Position numbers and translations under genes: made by a program. A model generated the notes under the pieces. That model saw only the letters and a program-made list of their open reading frames with translations. It was not told where the DNA came from and did no database searches. Below, in pieces: positions 44,561-54,933 of a stretch of 64,000 bases of DNA; the stretch's first letter is position 1, and each line of letters starts with the position of its first letter. The stretch is from an uncultured Gemmatimonadaceae bacterium (GTDB lineage Bacteria > Gemmatimonadota > Gemmatimonadetes > Gemmatimonadales > Gemmatimonadaceae): positions 1-64,000 of the forward strand of contig CAWJMB010000007.1 of NCBI GenBank assembly GCA_963843845.1. Direction: 5' to 3'.

Positions 44561-45082
44561 ATGATCGACATCCCGACGCTCACGACCGACCGGCTGTTCT
44601 TCCGCGCACTTCACGAGCGCGACCTGGACGCCTACGCCGGGATGATGGCCGACCCCGAGGTCACCCGCTTCCTCGGCGACGGCCAGCCGCTGACCCGCGT
44701 CGACGCATGGCGTCAGATGGCGATGCTCCTCGGGCACTGGCAGCTCCGCGGCTTCGGGCTGTGGGCCGTCGAGGAGCGCGCGACGGGGGCGTTCGTCGGC
44801 CGCATCGGCTGCTTCGAGCCGGAAGGGTGGCCGGAGTTCGAGGTCGGCTACGTGCTCGCGCGGCACGCGTGGGGGAAGGGGTACGCGCGCGAAGGAGCCG
44901 CCGCGGCGCTCGCCTACGCGCGCGAGACGCTCGGCCGCCGGACCGTCGTCAGCGTCATCTTCGACGGGAACGAGCGCTCGGTGGGTGTCGCGACGTCGTT
45001 CGGCGCCACGCGCGACGGTTCGGCGACGCTGTTCGGGCGGCGCGCGCACATCTACCGCTACCCGCCGCCGCGTCCGCGCTGA
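44561..45082 (+). CDS. GNAT N-acetyltransferase (RimJ/RimL type)
   Basis: LTTDRL..R, GFGLWAV, EVGY, WGKGYA.E, NERS. Confidence 0.9.
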   Translation: MIDIPTLTTDRLFFRALHERDLDAYAGMMADPEVTRFLGDGQPLTRVDAWRQMAMLLGHWQLRGFGLWAVEERATGAFVGRIGCFEPEGWPEFEVGYVLARHAWGKGYAREGAAAALAYARETLGRRTVVSVIFDGNERSVGVATSFGATRDGSATLFGRRAHIYRYPPPRPR

Positions 45083-45088
45083 CCGGGG

Positions 45089-45127
45089 TTGCGTGTTATA
45101 ACGTAGATATTATCTTACTTGTAAGAT
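45089..45127 (+). promoter_or_regulatory. sigma70-like promoter with overlapping palindromic operator
   Basis: AT-rich island; TTGCGT-N16-TATCTT; ATCTTAC-TT-GTAAGAT perfect inverted repeat 45112-45127. Confidence 0.7.
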
Positions 45128-45162
45128 TGTTCGTCGGATCACTCGACCTCAGGAGCGTCGTC

Positions 45163-46191
45163 ATGACTGCTGCGATCACCGGGCTGCACCACGTCACCGC
45201 CATCTCCGGCGACGCGCAGGAGAACCTCGACTTCTACGTCGGTGTCCTCGGCATGCGCCTCGTCAAGCGCAGCGTGAACCAGGACGACCCGGGCACCTAC
45301 CACCTGTTCTACGCCGACGGCGTGGGTCACGCGGGCACCGACCTCACCTTCTTTCCGTGGAAGAACATGCCGCGCGGGCGACCGGGCCACGGCCTCACGA
45401 ACGAGGTCTCGCTCGCCATCCCCGCCGGCACCGGCGACTGGTGGGCCGACCGCCTCGCCACGCATGGCGTGTCGGTGACGCGCGAGACGCGCTTCGGTGA
45501 GCCGACGCTGGCGTTCACCGACCCACACGGCCTCGCCGTCGCGCTGGCCGAGTGCGCCGGGCCGTCGGCAGGTGCAGGGCAGGAGGCTCGCGAGTTCACC
45601 GCGTGGGACGACAGCCCGGTTCCCGCGTCGCACCAGATCCGCGGGCTGCACGCCGTGCGCATCGTCGAGCAGTCGCTCGCCCCGACGGTCGCATTCCTCA
45701 CGACGGCCATGGGCTTCACGCGCCTCGGCGAGGATGGGGGCTGGCAGCGCTATGTCCTTCGCTCCGCTCAGGACGACGGCGCCGGGGACGACGGCGCCAG
45801 CGGCTCGGGGCGCGTCGTCGACGTGCGCGAGGAGCCGACCGCCCGGCGCGGCATCTGGGGCGTCGGCTCGATTCACCACGTCGCCTGGCGCGTCCCGACC
45901 GACGCGGCCGAGGTCGCGGTGCAGGAGGCGGTGTTCGACGGCGGCATGCGCCCGACGCCGGTCATCGACCGCTTCTGGTTCAAATCCGTCTACTTCAAGG
46001 AGCCCGGCGGCGCGCTGTTCGAGATCGCCACCGACGGCCCGGGCTTCGCCGTCGACGAGGAGGTCGCGACGCTCGGCGAGCGGCTCGTGCTGCCACCGTT
46101 CCTCGAGTCGAGGCGCGACGAGATCGAGCGCCGCCTGCCGCCTCTGCGGTTGCCGCACGCGCAGCCGCTGCCGGCGGCCCACGGTGCCTGA
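45163..46191 (+). CDS. Ring-cleaving dioxygenase (MhqO/MhqA-like VOC family)
   Basis: GLHHVTA, LVKRSVNQDDPGTYHLFY, IHHVAW, DRFWFKSVYFKEPGG.LFEIATDGPGF; AGGAG RBS. Confidence 0.93.
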   Translation: MTAAITGLHHVTAISGDAQENLDFYVGVLGMRLVKRSVNQDDPGTYHLFYADGVGHAGTDLTFFPWKNMPRGRPGHGLTNEVSLAIPAGTGDWWADRLATHGVSVTRETRFGEPTLAFTDPHGLAVALAECAGPSAGAGQEAREFTAWDDSPVPASHQIRGLHAVRIVEQSLAPTVAFLTTAMGFTRLGEDGGWQRYVLRSAQDDGAGDDGASGSGRVVDVREEPTARRGIWGVGSIHHVAWRVPTDAAEVAVQEAVFDGGMRPTPVIDRFWFKSVYFKEPGGALFEIATDGPGFAVDEEVATLGERLVLPPFLESRRDEIERRLPPLRLPHAQPLPAAHGA

Positions 46192-46231
46192 CGCGGGCCA
46201 CACGATCGCCTGACACACCCCGGTTCCGACG

Positions 46232-47218
46232 ATGACCACGAGCCTCCACGACCTGTTCGACACCACGCGCGCCGTTCCCGCCGAGCCGGGGAGCTACGGC
46301 GAGGCGCCGAGGGGATTCCGCCTCCCGGCCGCGACGAGGCTCGGCGCCGTGCGCCTGCAAGTCGCGGAGCTCGCCCGGTCGCTCGCCTTCTACACCGAGG
46401 TGCTCGGCTTCCGGGTACTGTCGCGGCGCGCGGGGAGAGCGTCGTTAGGCACGGCGGACCCGTCGACCGGCACCTCGACCGGCACCTCGACCGGCACCTC
46501 GCTCGTCGAGCTCGTCGAGCGCCCCGGCGCGCGGAGTGCGGCGCGTCGCGGGCGGCTCGGGCTGTACCACGTCGCGATGCTGCTCCCCGACCGCGCGTCG
46601 TTAGGCCGCTTCGTGCGCCACCTCGGCGCGCTCGGCGTGCAGGCGGGGGCGGGGGACCATCTCGTGAGCGAGGCGTTCTACCTGCACGACCCCGACGGCC
46701 TCGGCATCGAGGTCTACGCCGACCGGCCGCGCGACGCGTGGCGGCGCGTCGGGCGGCAGCTCGTCATGGCGACCGATCCGGTCGACGTCGCCGCCCTCGT
46801 GCGCGCGGCCGGCGACGCGGTGTGGACCGGGCTTCCGGCCGGCACGACGATCGGCCACGTGCATCTCCACGTCGGCGACCTCGCCCGCGCCGCGGCGTTC
46901 TATGGCGAGGCGCTCGGCTTCGACCGCATCGTCTGGCGGTATCCGGGCGCGCTCTTCCTCTCTGCCGGCGGCTATCACCACCACCTCGGCGCGAACACGT
47001 GGGCGGGGGCGGACGCGATGCCGGCCGGAGCCGACGACGCGCAGCTGCTCGCGTGGACGCTCGTAGTGCCCGACGCGGCGAGCCTGGACGCGGCGGCCGC
47101 GAGCCTCCGGTCAGGTGGCGCGTCGGTCGAACGGGATGGACACGACGTCGTCGCGCGCGACCCGTGGGGCACCGTCGTTCGGCTCGTCACCGACGACGCC
47201 CCTGCGACGGCTGCCTAA
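46232..47218 (+). CDS. VOC family catechol 2,3-dioxygenase (CatE-like)
   Basis: GLYHVA.LLP, DHLVSEAFY.DPDG.GIEVYADRP, GHVHLHV, GGYHHHLG.NTW. Confidence 0.9.
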   Translation: MTTSLHDLFDTTRAVPAEPGSYGEAPRGFRLPAATRLGAVRLQVAELARSLAFYTEVLGFRVLSRRAGRASLGTADPSTGTSTGTSTGTSLVELVERPGARSAARRGRLGLYHVAMLLPDRASLGRFVRHLGALGVQAGAGDHLVSEAFYLHDPDGLGIEVYADRPRDAWRRVGRQLVMATDPVDVAALVRAAGDAVWTGLPAGTTIGHVHLHVGDLARAAAFYGEALGFDRIVWRYPGALFLSAGGYHHHLGANTWAGADAMPAGADDAQLLAWTLVVPDAASLDAAAASLRSGGASVERDGHDVVARDPWGTVVRLVTDDAPATAA

Positions 47219-47237
47219 CGGTGCCGCCGGCCCTGCG

Positions 47238-47468
47238 TCACGTCACCGACGCGTCCGGCGGCCCGACGTCGATCGTCGGCAGCGGCGACACGTCCACGAC
47301 GCCGTCGACCGATCGCACGCGTTCTGCCGCCGCCTCGGTGGCCGACCCGGTGAGCGACCCGATCTGGTCGAACACCTCGTCGATGGTGAAGCCGTGCGTC
47401 TCGAGCTGTTTCGCGATCGCGTGAATGCGATCGCTGTCGGACACCGTGACCATCCAGAGCTGAGACAT
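47238..47468 (-). CDS. 76-aa protein resembling a subtilisin propeptide/I9-type inhibitor
   Basis: MSQLWMVTV...IGSLTGS...VRSVDGVVDV beta-alpha-beta-beta-alpha-beta pattern; directly downstream of the S8 protease. Confidence 0.6.
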   Translation of the reverse strand: MSQLWMVTVSDSDRIHAIAKQLETHGFTIDEVFDQIGSLTGSATEAAAERVRSVDGVVDVSPLPTIDVGPPDASVT

Positions 47469-47539
47469 ACGACGGCGGCTGAGCGGGGGCGATGCGGGCG
47501 GACGCGGCGCGCGCCCGCCCTTACGAAGCCTCACGAAAG

Positions 47540-48931
47540 CTATGGCGCCTGCACGAGCCCCGCGCCCACGCGCGTCGTGGGCAGCCCGAGCGCACGCGCC
47601 GTCGCCTGCAGCTTCCGCCAGAGCAGGAGGCCGCGCAGCGACGACGAACTCTGCGCCCACAGCGCGGCGCAGCCGGCCACGTGCGGCGTCGCCATGCTCG
47701 TGCCGCTCTTGATGCCGTAGCGCACGGGGCGCGGCACCGACGAGAAGACGTCGCGGCCGGGCGCCGCGATGTCGACCTTGCCGAAGTTCGAGAACGACGA
47801 CGGGCGCAGATTCGTGTCGAGCGAGGCGACCGACATGATCGTCGGCGAATTCGCAGGGCTGCCGGTGGCCGTGGCTTCGTTGCCCGACGCGGCGACCATG
47901 AGCAGCCCGTTGTTCAGCGCCGCCTGCCCCGCCGCGGTGAACGCCGCGAACGGCCCTCCCGCCCCGCCGAGCGACATCGAGATGATCGTGCAGCGGTTCG
48001 CGATCGCCCAGTTCATCCCCGCGAGCAGGCTCCCACCGACGGTCGAGCCGGAGTTGCTGAGCACCTTGGCGGCGTAGATCAGCGAGCGGTGCGCGATCCC
48101 GTAGCGCGGCGTCGTACCCGCCGGCGAGAGTGGGCCGCACGCCGTGCCGATGCAGTGCGTGCCGTGGCTGTGCAGGTCCTGCACCGGCTGCCCGGCGAAC
48201 GTCGCGCTGGCGACGGGGCGGCCGACGAAGTCGGGGTGTCCGAGATCCATCCCCGTGTCGAGCACGGCGACGCGAATGTCGCTCCCGGTGCGCGTGCTCT
48301 GCGGCACCCGGCACGCCGCGAGCCCCCAGGTCGCGCCGAGGGCCGCGACGACCGCCTGGTCCTCTTCGGTGAACGGCGACTCGACGGCGCCCCGCAGATC
48401 GCGCGCGATCGCCGCCGCCGCGGCAGTGAAGCCGCGCAGATACTCGCTCGCGCTCCGCCGCCCGCCGTCACTCTCTTCCTGGAGATAGCCGAGCAGCGGC
48501 GAGCCGGTGGCGAAGAGGAACGTCTCCGGCTCGACGATCTCGACCGGGCTGTCGGCGGCGAGCGCGGCGAACGAGTGGATGCCGCGCTCCTGCGCCGGCG
48601 CTTCGGCGACGACGGCGACACCGATCTCGGGAAACGTCAGCGCGTCGGCGCCGTCGACGTCCGCGAGCCGTGCGGACTGCCCTGCGAAGTCGCGCGCGTC
48701 GGCGACGCGCATCCCCTGCGCGCCGAGCGAGCGCACGCCTTCGTCGTGCGCCCCCTCCTTGAACGTCACGAGATAGCGCCCCGTCTCGAGCTGGTCGCCG
48801 CCACGCTCGAGGGCGGCGAGCAGCATCGCGTCGATCGGCGACGCGAGGCCGGCGTCGCCGGCGGCGGCGATGCCGGCGGTGGACGACGGCCGTTTGGGGG
48901 TTGGCGACTTCCTGGGTGATCTGCTGGGCAT
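47540..48931 (-). CDS. S8 family subtilisin-like serine protease, no signal peptide
   Basis: VAVLDTG, HGTHCIG, AASGN, SGTSMATPHVAG. Confidence 0.95.
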   Translation of the reverse strand: MPSRSPRKSPTPKRPSSTAGIAAAGDAGLASPIDAMLLAALERGGDQLETGRYLVTFKEGAHDEGVRSLGAQGMRVADARDFAGQSARLADVDGADALTFPEIGVAVVAEAPAQERGIHSFAALAADSPVEIVEPETFLFATGSPLLGYLQEESDGGRRSASEYLRGFTAAAAAIARDLRGAVESPFTEEDQAVVAALGATWGLAACRVPQSTRTGSDIRVAVLDTGMDLGHPDFVGRPVASATFAGQPVQDLHSHGTHCIGTACGPLSPAGTTPRYGIAHRSLIYAAKVLSNSGSTVGGSLLAGMNWAIANRCTIISMSLGGAGGPFAAFTAAGQAALNNGLLMVAASGNEATATGSPANSPTIMSVASLDTNLRPSSFSNFGKVDIAAPGRDVFSSVPRPVRYGIKSGTSMATPHVAGCAALWAQSSSSLRGLLLWRKLQATARALGLPTTRVGAGLVQAP

Positions 48932-49151
48932 GGTCGGGCTCCTCGGGGTGCGCAGGTGAATGCCTCACTGCTGCGGCGGACGTCGCGGTCGATGTTGGCG
49001 TGACCGGGCGCTCTTGGTCAGAGGGGGCGCGTGTACGAGTTTCCTGTGACGTCGCCGCGACGCCGCGCGGCGCACTGTGCTGCCCGAGCGGTGTATCTGT
49101 GCGCATCAGCTCGGCGATCGAGCGTCGCCGCGTCTTCTCCTCAACGTGCCC

Positions 49152-50612
49152 ATGCTCTCCTCCCTCCGCGCATTCGGCCTCGTCGTCGCGGCCGCGTCGT
49201 CCGTCGCCGCGCAGGCGCCCACGCGCGCCGGCGCGAGCGCCATCCGCATCCCGTTCGAGCGCATGACGCTGCCGAACGGGCTCAACGTGCTGCTCGCCCC
49301 CGACCACACCGTGCCGCAGCGTCGCCGTGGACGTGTGGTACCACGTCGGCTCGAAGAACGAGGTGCCGGGCCGCACCGGCTTCGCGCACATGTTCGAGCA
49401 CGTGATGTTCACCGGCTCGGGGCACGTGCCCTACGGCATGCACGACCGCCTCACGGAGGGGGTCGGCGGCGACAACAACGGCTCGACGACCAACGACCGC
49501 ACGAACTACTACGAGAACGTGCCGTCGAACTACCTCGAGAGCGCGCTCTGGCTCGAGGCCGACCGCATGGGCTTCCTGCTCGACAAGCTCGACGACGCGA
49601 AGTTCAAGCGCGCAGCGCGACATCGTGCAGAACGAGCGGCGGCAGGGCGTACGACAACCAGCCCTACGGCCGCGCCGTTCGAGATCCTCGACTACGGCGA
49701 TCTACCCGGCGTCGAACCCGTACTCGTGGCCGGTCGTCGGCTACATCACCGACCTCCAGCAGGCCGACGGTCGAGGACGTGAAGAAGTTCTTCCGCCTCT
49801 ACTACGCGCCGTCGCAACGCCACGATCGCAATCGTCGGCGACTTCGACCCGGCGCAGGCGAAGGCGCTGGGTGCGCGAAGTACTTCGCGCGACCTGCCAC
49901 GCGGGGCCGCGATCACGCGCCCGACGATCGCCCCGCGTCGACGCTCGCGGCCGAGAAGCGGCTCGTCGTTCGAGGACCGCGTGCAGGTGCCGCGCCTCTA
50001 CCTCGCGCTGGCCCACCGTGTCGGTGAAGACAGCGAGGACACGCTACGCGCTCGAGCTACCTCGGCCAGGTGCTGACCGGGTCGCGCACGGCGCGCCTCA
50101 CGAAGGCGCTCGTCTACGACCGGCAGTCGGCGGCGTCAGCGTCGAGCGCGTTCAGCAGTCGCAGCGAGAACGGCGGGCGACGTTCATCGTCACGCTGACG
50201 CCGCGCCCCGGCCACTCGCTCGGCGAGCTGGAGCTGGCCGCCGACTCGGTGCATCGAGCGGCTCAAGCGCGAGGGGCCGACGGCCGAGGAGATGGCGAAG
50301 ACGAAGGCCGGGCTCGAGTTCGGCTTCGTCAGCGGGCTCGCAGTCGCACGCTCGGCAAGGCGGAGCATGCTGAACGACGGGGCGCGTGTTCCTCGGCGAC
50401 CCGGGCTACTATCGAGACGAGTACGCGAAGCTGCAAGCGCCGTGACCGCCGCCGACGTGCAGCGCGTCGCGCAACAAGTACCTCGGCGCCGGCCGCGTCG
50501 TGCTCAGCGTCGTGCCGCTGGGCAAGCGCGACCAGGCCGCGAAGCCCGAGGCGAGCGTCGCCGTGCAGGTCGAGCCCGGACGGCGGCACAATACATCTTC
50601 GGGGCCAAGTGA
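49152..50612 (+). CDS. M16 family zinc peptidase, catalytic subunit (heavily frameshifted)
   Basis: Signal peptide, LPNGL, WYHVGSKNE, GFAHMFEH (HxxEH), LEADRM, QNERR. Confidence 0.88.
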
Positions 50613-50614
50613 CG

Positions 50615-52126
50615 ATGCGCCGCCTAACGATGCGCCGCCTGACGATCTGTGCCGCCGCGGCGCTCGCGCCGCTCGCCGCGACCGCGGCCGCCTCCGCGCA
50701 GCGCGTGTCGAAGGACGCGCCGAGCGCGAGCGCCGCCGCGCGGCTCGACCGCACCGTGCAGCCGACCGCCGGGCGCGCGCCGGCGATCCGCATCCCGACG
50801 TGGACGCGGCTCACGCTCGCGAACGGCGCGGAGCTCATCGTCATCGAGAAGCACGACCTCCCGCTCGTGGCGGTGTACGGTCGACTTCGTCGGCGGCGAG
50901 CGCGAACTACGAGCCGGCGGGCAAGGACGGCGTCGCGAGCGTCGCGGCGCAGATGCTGAGCGAGGGCACGGCGACGCGCAGCGGCGAGCAGCTCTCCGAC
51001 GCGCAGCAGCTGCTGGGCACCGCGATCGCCGCCGGCGTCGGCAACGAGTCGGCGTCGATCGGCTTCACGGCGCTCACGCGACAAGCTCGAGCCGGCGCTC
51101 GCGCTGCTCGCCGACATGCTGCTGCACCCGAGCTTCCCCGGCGACGCGCTCGAGCGCATCCGCGGCCGCACGCTCGTCGCGCTCGACGCAGCAGAAGGAC
51201 CAGCCGAACGCGATCGCCGAGCAACGTGTTCGCGAAGGTGCTCTACGGCGACGCGCACCCGTACGGGCGCGTCGTGACGGAGGAGACCGTGCGCGCGATC
51301 ACGCGCGACGACGTCGTGGCGTTCCACCGCGAGTACTTCCGCCCGGGGCGCGCGGTCATCACGGTGACGGGGGACGTGACGCCGGCCGCGGTGCGCGCGC
51401 AGGTCGAGCGGGCGCTCGCCGAGTGGGCGCCCGGCGGCGAGCGGCCGACGTTCGCCTACCCGCCGGCGCCGGCGTCGAAGGGCACGACGATCTACCTCGT
51501 CGACAAGCCGAAGGCGGCGCAGTCGGTGTTCGCGATCGGCGCGCCCGGCCCGTCGCGCAACACGCCCGACTACTACGCGATCCAGGTGATGAACCAGATC
51601 CTCGGCGGGCTGTTCCAGTCGCGGCTCAACCACAACATCCGCGAGGTGAAGGGCTACAGCTACGGCGTCGGCTCGGGCTTCGCGTTCGGCCGCGGGCCCG
51701 GCGCGTTCGAGGCGGGCGGCGGCATCATCACCGCGAAGACGGACAGCGCGCTCATCGAGTTCATGAACGCAGCTGCGCGGCGCGCAGGGGAGCGTGCCGT
51801 TCACCGACGACGAGATCGAGCAGGGGAAGGAGTCGCTCATCCAGAGCCTGCCGCGCCGCTTCAGCTCCGTGAACGCGATCGGCGCCTCGGTCGGGTCGGT
51901 CGTCGTGCAGGGGCTCCCGGCGTCGTACTGGAACGACTACGCGGCGAACGTGAACGCGGTCACCGCGGACGACCTGCTGCGCGTGGCGAAGGAGTACATC
52001 GACCTGGAGCACCTCAACATCGTCATCGTCGGCGACCGCGCCGTCATCGAGGAGGGGCTGCGCAAGACGGGCGTCGCGCCGATCGTGATCCTCGACGCGA
52101 CCGGCAGGCCCGTCACGTCGTCGTGA
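50615..52126 (+). CDS. M16 family peptidase, non-catalytic partner subunit (frameshifted)
   Basis: LANG, no HxxEH, LYGDAHPYG, LGGLFQSRLNHNIREVKGYSYG. Confidence 0.85.
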
Positions 52127-52168
52127 GGCGTCAGGCCCCGTCGTCAGGCACCTCGTGACCGCGTCGCC

Positions 52169-52516
52169 GTGACGTTCACCGCCATCGTGCTGCTCGCGCG
52201 CCTCGGCACCGCGATCTCGCTCGCCGGGATGACGGCGTTCCTGCTGCTGCTCGCCGGCGCGCACCCGGTCGAGACGGCGCCGCGCCGCCGCGGCGCGGTG
52301 CTCGCCGCGATGGCGACCGTCGTCCTCGGCGTCGCGCTCGTCGCGGCGATGGCGGCGTGCGTGCTGCACCGGCTCGCGGGATGGCGCGTGATCTGGGGGC
52401 CGCGGCTGTGGGTCGGGCGCGTCGCGGAGATCGTCGTCGCGCTGCTCGCGATCGCTGGGATCGCCGTCACGGCGACGCTCATGCGTCGGGGATGGGTCGC
52501 GGCGCGCAGCAGGTAG
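52169..52516 (+). CDS. Small membrane protein, hypothetical
   Basis: Three hydrophobic segments, co-oriented between peptidase genes. Confidence 0.55.
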   Translation: MTFTAIVLLARLGTAISLAGMTAFLLLLAGAHPVETAPRRRGAVLAAMATVVLGVALVAAMAACVLHRLAGWRVIWGPRLWVGRVAEIVVALLAIAGIAVTATLMRRGWVAARSR

Positions 52517-52525
52517 ATTCTCGTC

Positions 52526-53819
52526 ATGCGCACCCGCCTGCTCGCTCTCCTCGTCCCCGCCGCGCTCGGCGCCCAGCCGGCGCCGAACGCGACCGAACGC
52601 GCGATCGTCCGCGCCGTCGACGCGCGCAACGCCGCCCAGCTCGCGCTGCTCGAGCGCGTCGTGAACATCAACAGCGGCACGCAGCACCTCGCCGGCGTGC
52701 GCCAGGTCGGCGACGCGCTCCGCGCCGAGTTCGACGCGCTCGGCTTCCGCACGCGCTGGGTCGACGGCGCGCCGTTCCAGCGCGCGGGGCACCTCGTCGC
52801 CGAGCACGTCGCGCCGGGGCCGAAGCTGCTGCTCATCGGCCACCTCGACACGGTGTTCGAGCCGTCGAGCCCGTTCCGGCGCTTCGAGCGGCTCACCGAC
52901 TCGACGGCGCGCGGGCCCGGCATCATCGACATGAAGGGCGGCGACGTCGTCATGCTCGGCGCGCTGCGGGCGCTGAAGGACGCGGGGGTGCTCGACCGAC
53001 TCAACGTCGTCGCCGTGCTGCACGGCGACGAGGAGGATTCGGGGACGCCGCTCGACGCTCGCGCGGCAGACGCTGCGCGACGCGGCGAAGGGCGCCGCGG
53101 CGGCGATCGGGTTCGAGGACGGGGCGGGGGACCCGAAGGTGGCCGTCGTGTCGCGCCGCGGCGCGGGCGGCTGGACGCTGGTCGTCACCGGCACGCCCGC
53201 CCACTCGTCGCAGATCTTCAAGCCCGAGATCGGCGCCGGCGCGGTCTACGAGACGGCGCGCATCCTCAACGGCTTCTACGAGCGGCTGTCGAAGGAGCCG
53301 TACCTCACGTTCAACCCCGGCGTCGCGTTAGGCGGCACGCAGGTGACGCTCGACACCACCGGCACCGCCGGCTCGGCGAGCGGCAAGTCGAACGTCGTCG
53401 CCGAGCGGATGACCGTGACCGGGGACCTGCGCACGCTGTCGCCCGAGCAGCTCGCGCGCGCGAAGCAGACGATGACCGAGATCGTCGCGCAGCATCTGCC
53501 GCGCACCACGGCGACGATCACGTTCGACGACGGCTACCCGCCGATGGCGCCGACCGACGGCAACCGCCGACTGTTGGGCATGTACGACGAGGTGAGCCGC
53601 GCGCTCGGCTTCTGGCCGGTGGCGGCGGTCGACCCGTCGCGCGCGGGCGCGGCCGACGTCTCGTTCGTGGCCGACCTGGTGCCGATGGCGATCGACGGGA
53701 TCGGGCTGTCGGGGCGCGACGGGCACACGGTGAACGAGACGGCCGATCTGCGGATGTTGCCGGTGCAGACGAAGCGGGCGGCGGTGCTGCTGTGGCGGCT
53801 GGCGCAGGGGCGACAGTAG
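52526..53819 (+). CDS. M20/M25/M40 family metallo-hydrolase (glutamate carboxypeptidase-like; frameshift near 53060)
   Basis: Signal peptide, IGHLDTVF, DMKGG, GDEE, PAHSS, GAAD, GHT..E. Confidence 0.9.
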
Positions 53820-53969
53820 ATCGGTGGCTGGTACACCGAAGAACATGGCGATCATGAAGAGACCATGCCCCCGGACACCAGGTCGCAGTCGCGAGCTCGA
53901 GACGCTCCGCGCGATCGACGGGTCGAATGGTCAGTTCATGGTCCGAAGGTCCCCTGAAATGCCAGCCTG

Positions 53970-54926
53970 GTGACCACGCTCTTCCTCGACGAAGCCGCCG
54001 TCCGCGCCGCGCTGCGCATGGACGCGCTGATCCCGGCCGTTCGCGACGCGCTCGTCGCGCTCTCGGCCGGCCGCGTCGTGCAGCCCGTGCGCACGATCGT
54101 GCCGGTGGCCGAGCACCGCGGCTTCTTCGGCGCGATGCCGGCGTACGCGTCTGACGGTCAGGGCGGCGCACTGGGCGCGAAGCTCGTCACGTTCTACCCC
54201 CACAACCGCGACGTCCACACGCACCACGCGGTCATCGTGCTCTTTCACCCGGAGACCGGCGCGCCGGCCGCGGTGATGGACGGGCGCCTCATCACCGAGA
54301 TGCGCACCGCGGCGACGTCCGCCGTCGCGACCGACCTGCTCGCCCGCCGCGGCGCGCGCACGTTAGGCATCCTCGGCGCCGGCGTGCAGGCGGAGAGTCA
54401 CCTCGAGGCGCTACGTCTCGTGCGCCCGATCGACGACGTCCGCGTCTACAGCCCGCGCAACGCGCCGTCCTTCGCCGCGCGGCACGACGGGGTGCACGCG
54501 CGCGTGCGCGCCGTGGCGTCCGCAGAAGAAGCCGTGCGCGGCGCGGACATCGTGGTCGTCGCGACGACGGCGCAGCGTCCGGTGCTGCGCGGCGCGTGGC
54601 TCGCGCCCGGCACGCACGTGAACGCCGTCGGCGCGACGCGCCCCGACTGGCGCGAGCTCGACGACGACGCGGTGCGCGCCGGTCCGCTCGTCGTCGACTC
54701 GCGCGAGGCGGCGGTCCGCGAGTCGGGCGACGTGATCGCGGCCGGCGCCGCCGCTGCTGACGGCGCCGGGCCCGCGGAGGTCGGCGAGGTCGCGTCGGGC
54801 GCGCGCGCCGGCCGCACGCACGACGACGAGATCACGCTGTTCAAGTCGGTCGGCATCGCGACCGAAGACCTCGCGGCCGCGGCGCTCGTGCTCGCGCAGC
54901 ACCGGACGTCCGCCACCTCGCACTAG
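53970..54926 (+). CDS. Ornithine cyclodeaminase/mu-crystallin family protein
   Basis: KLVTFYP.N, ITEMRTAA, GAGVQA, HVNAVG, LFKSVG.A.ED. Confidence 0.92.
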   Translation: MTTLFLDEAAVRAALRMDALIPAVRDALVALSAGRVVQPVRTIVPVAEHRGFFGAMPAYASDGQGGALGAKLVTFYPHNRDVHTHHAVIVLFHPETGAPAAVMDGRLITEMRTAATSAVATDLLARRGARTLGILGAGVQAESHLEALRLVRPIDDVRVYSPRNAPSFAARHDGVHARVRAVASAEEAVRGADIVVVATTAQRPVLRGAWLAPGTHVNAVGATRPDWRELDDDAVRAGPLVVDSREAAVRESGDVIAAGAAAADGAGPAEVGEVASGARAGRTHDDEITLFKSVGIATEDLAAAALVLAQHRTSATSH

Positions 54927-54933
54927 CATACCC

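Noticed and set aside
35923..48931. Genomic island integrated at tRNA-Phe
   Set aside because: No integrase, no convincing duplicated tRNA 3' end and no evident compositional shift.
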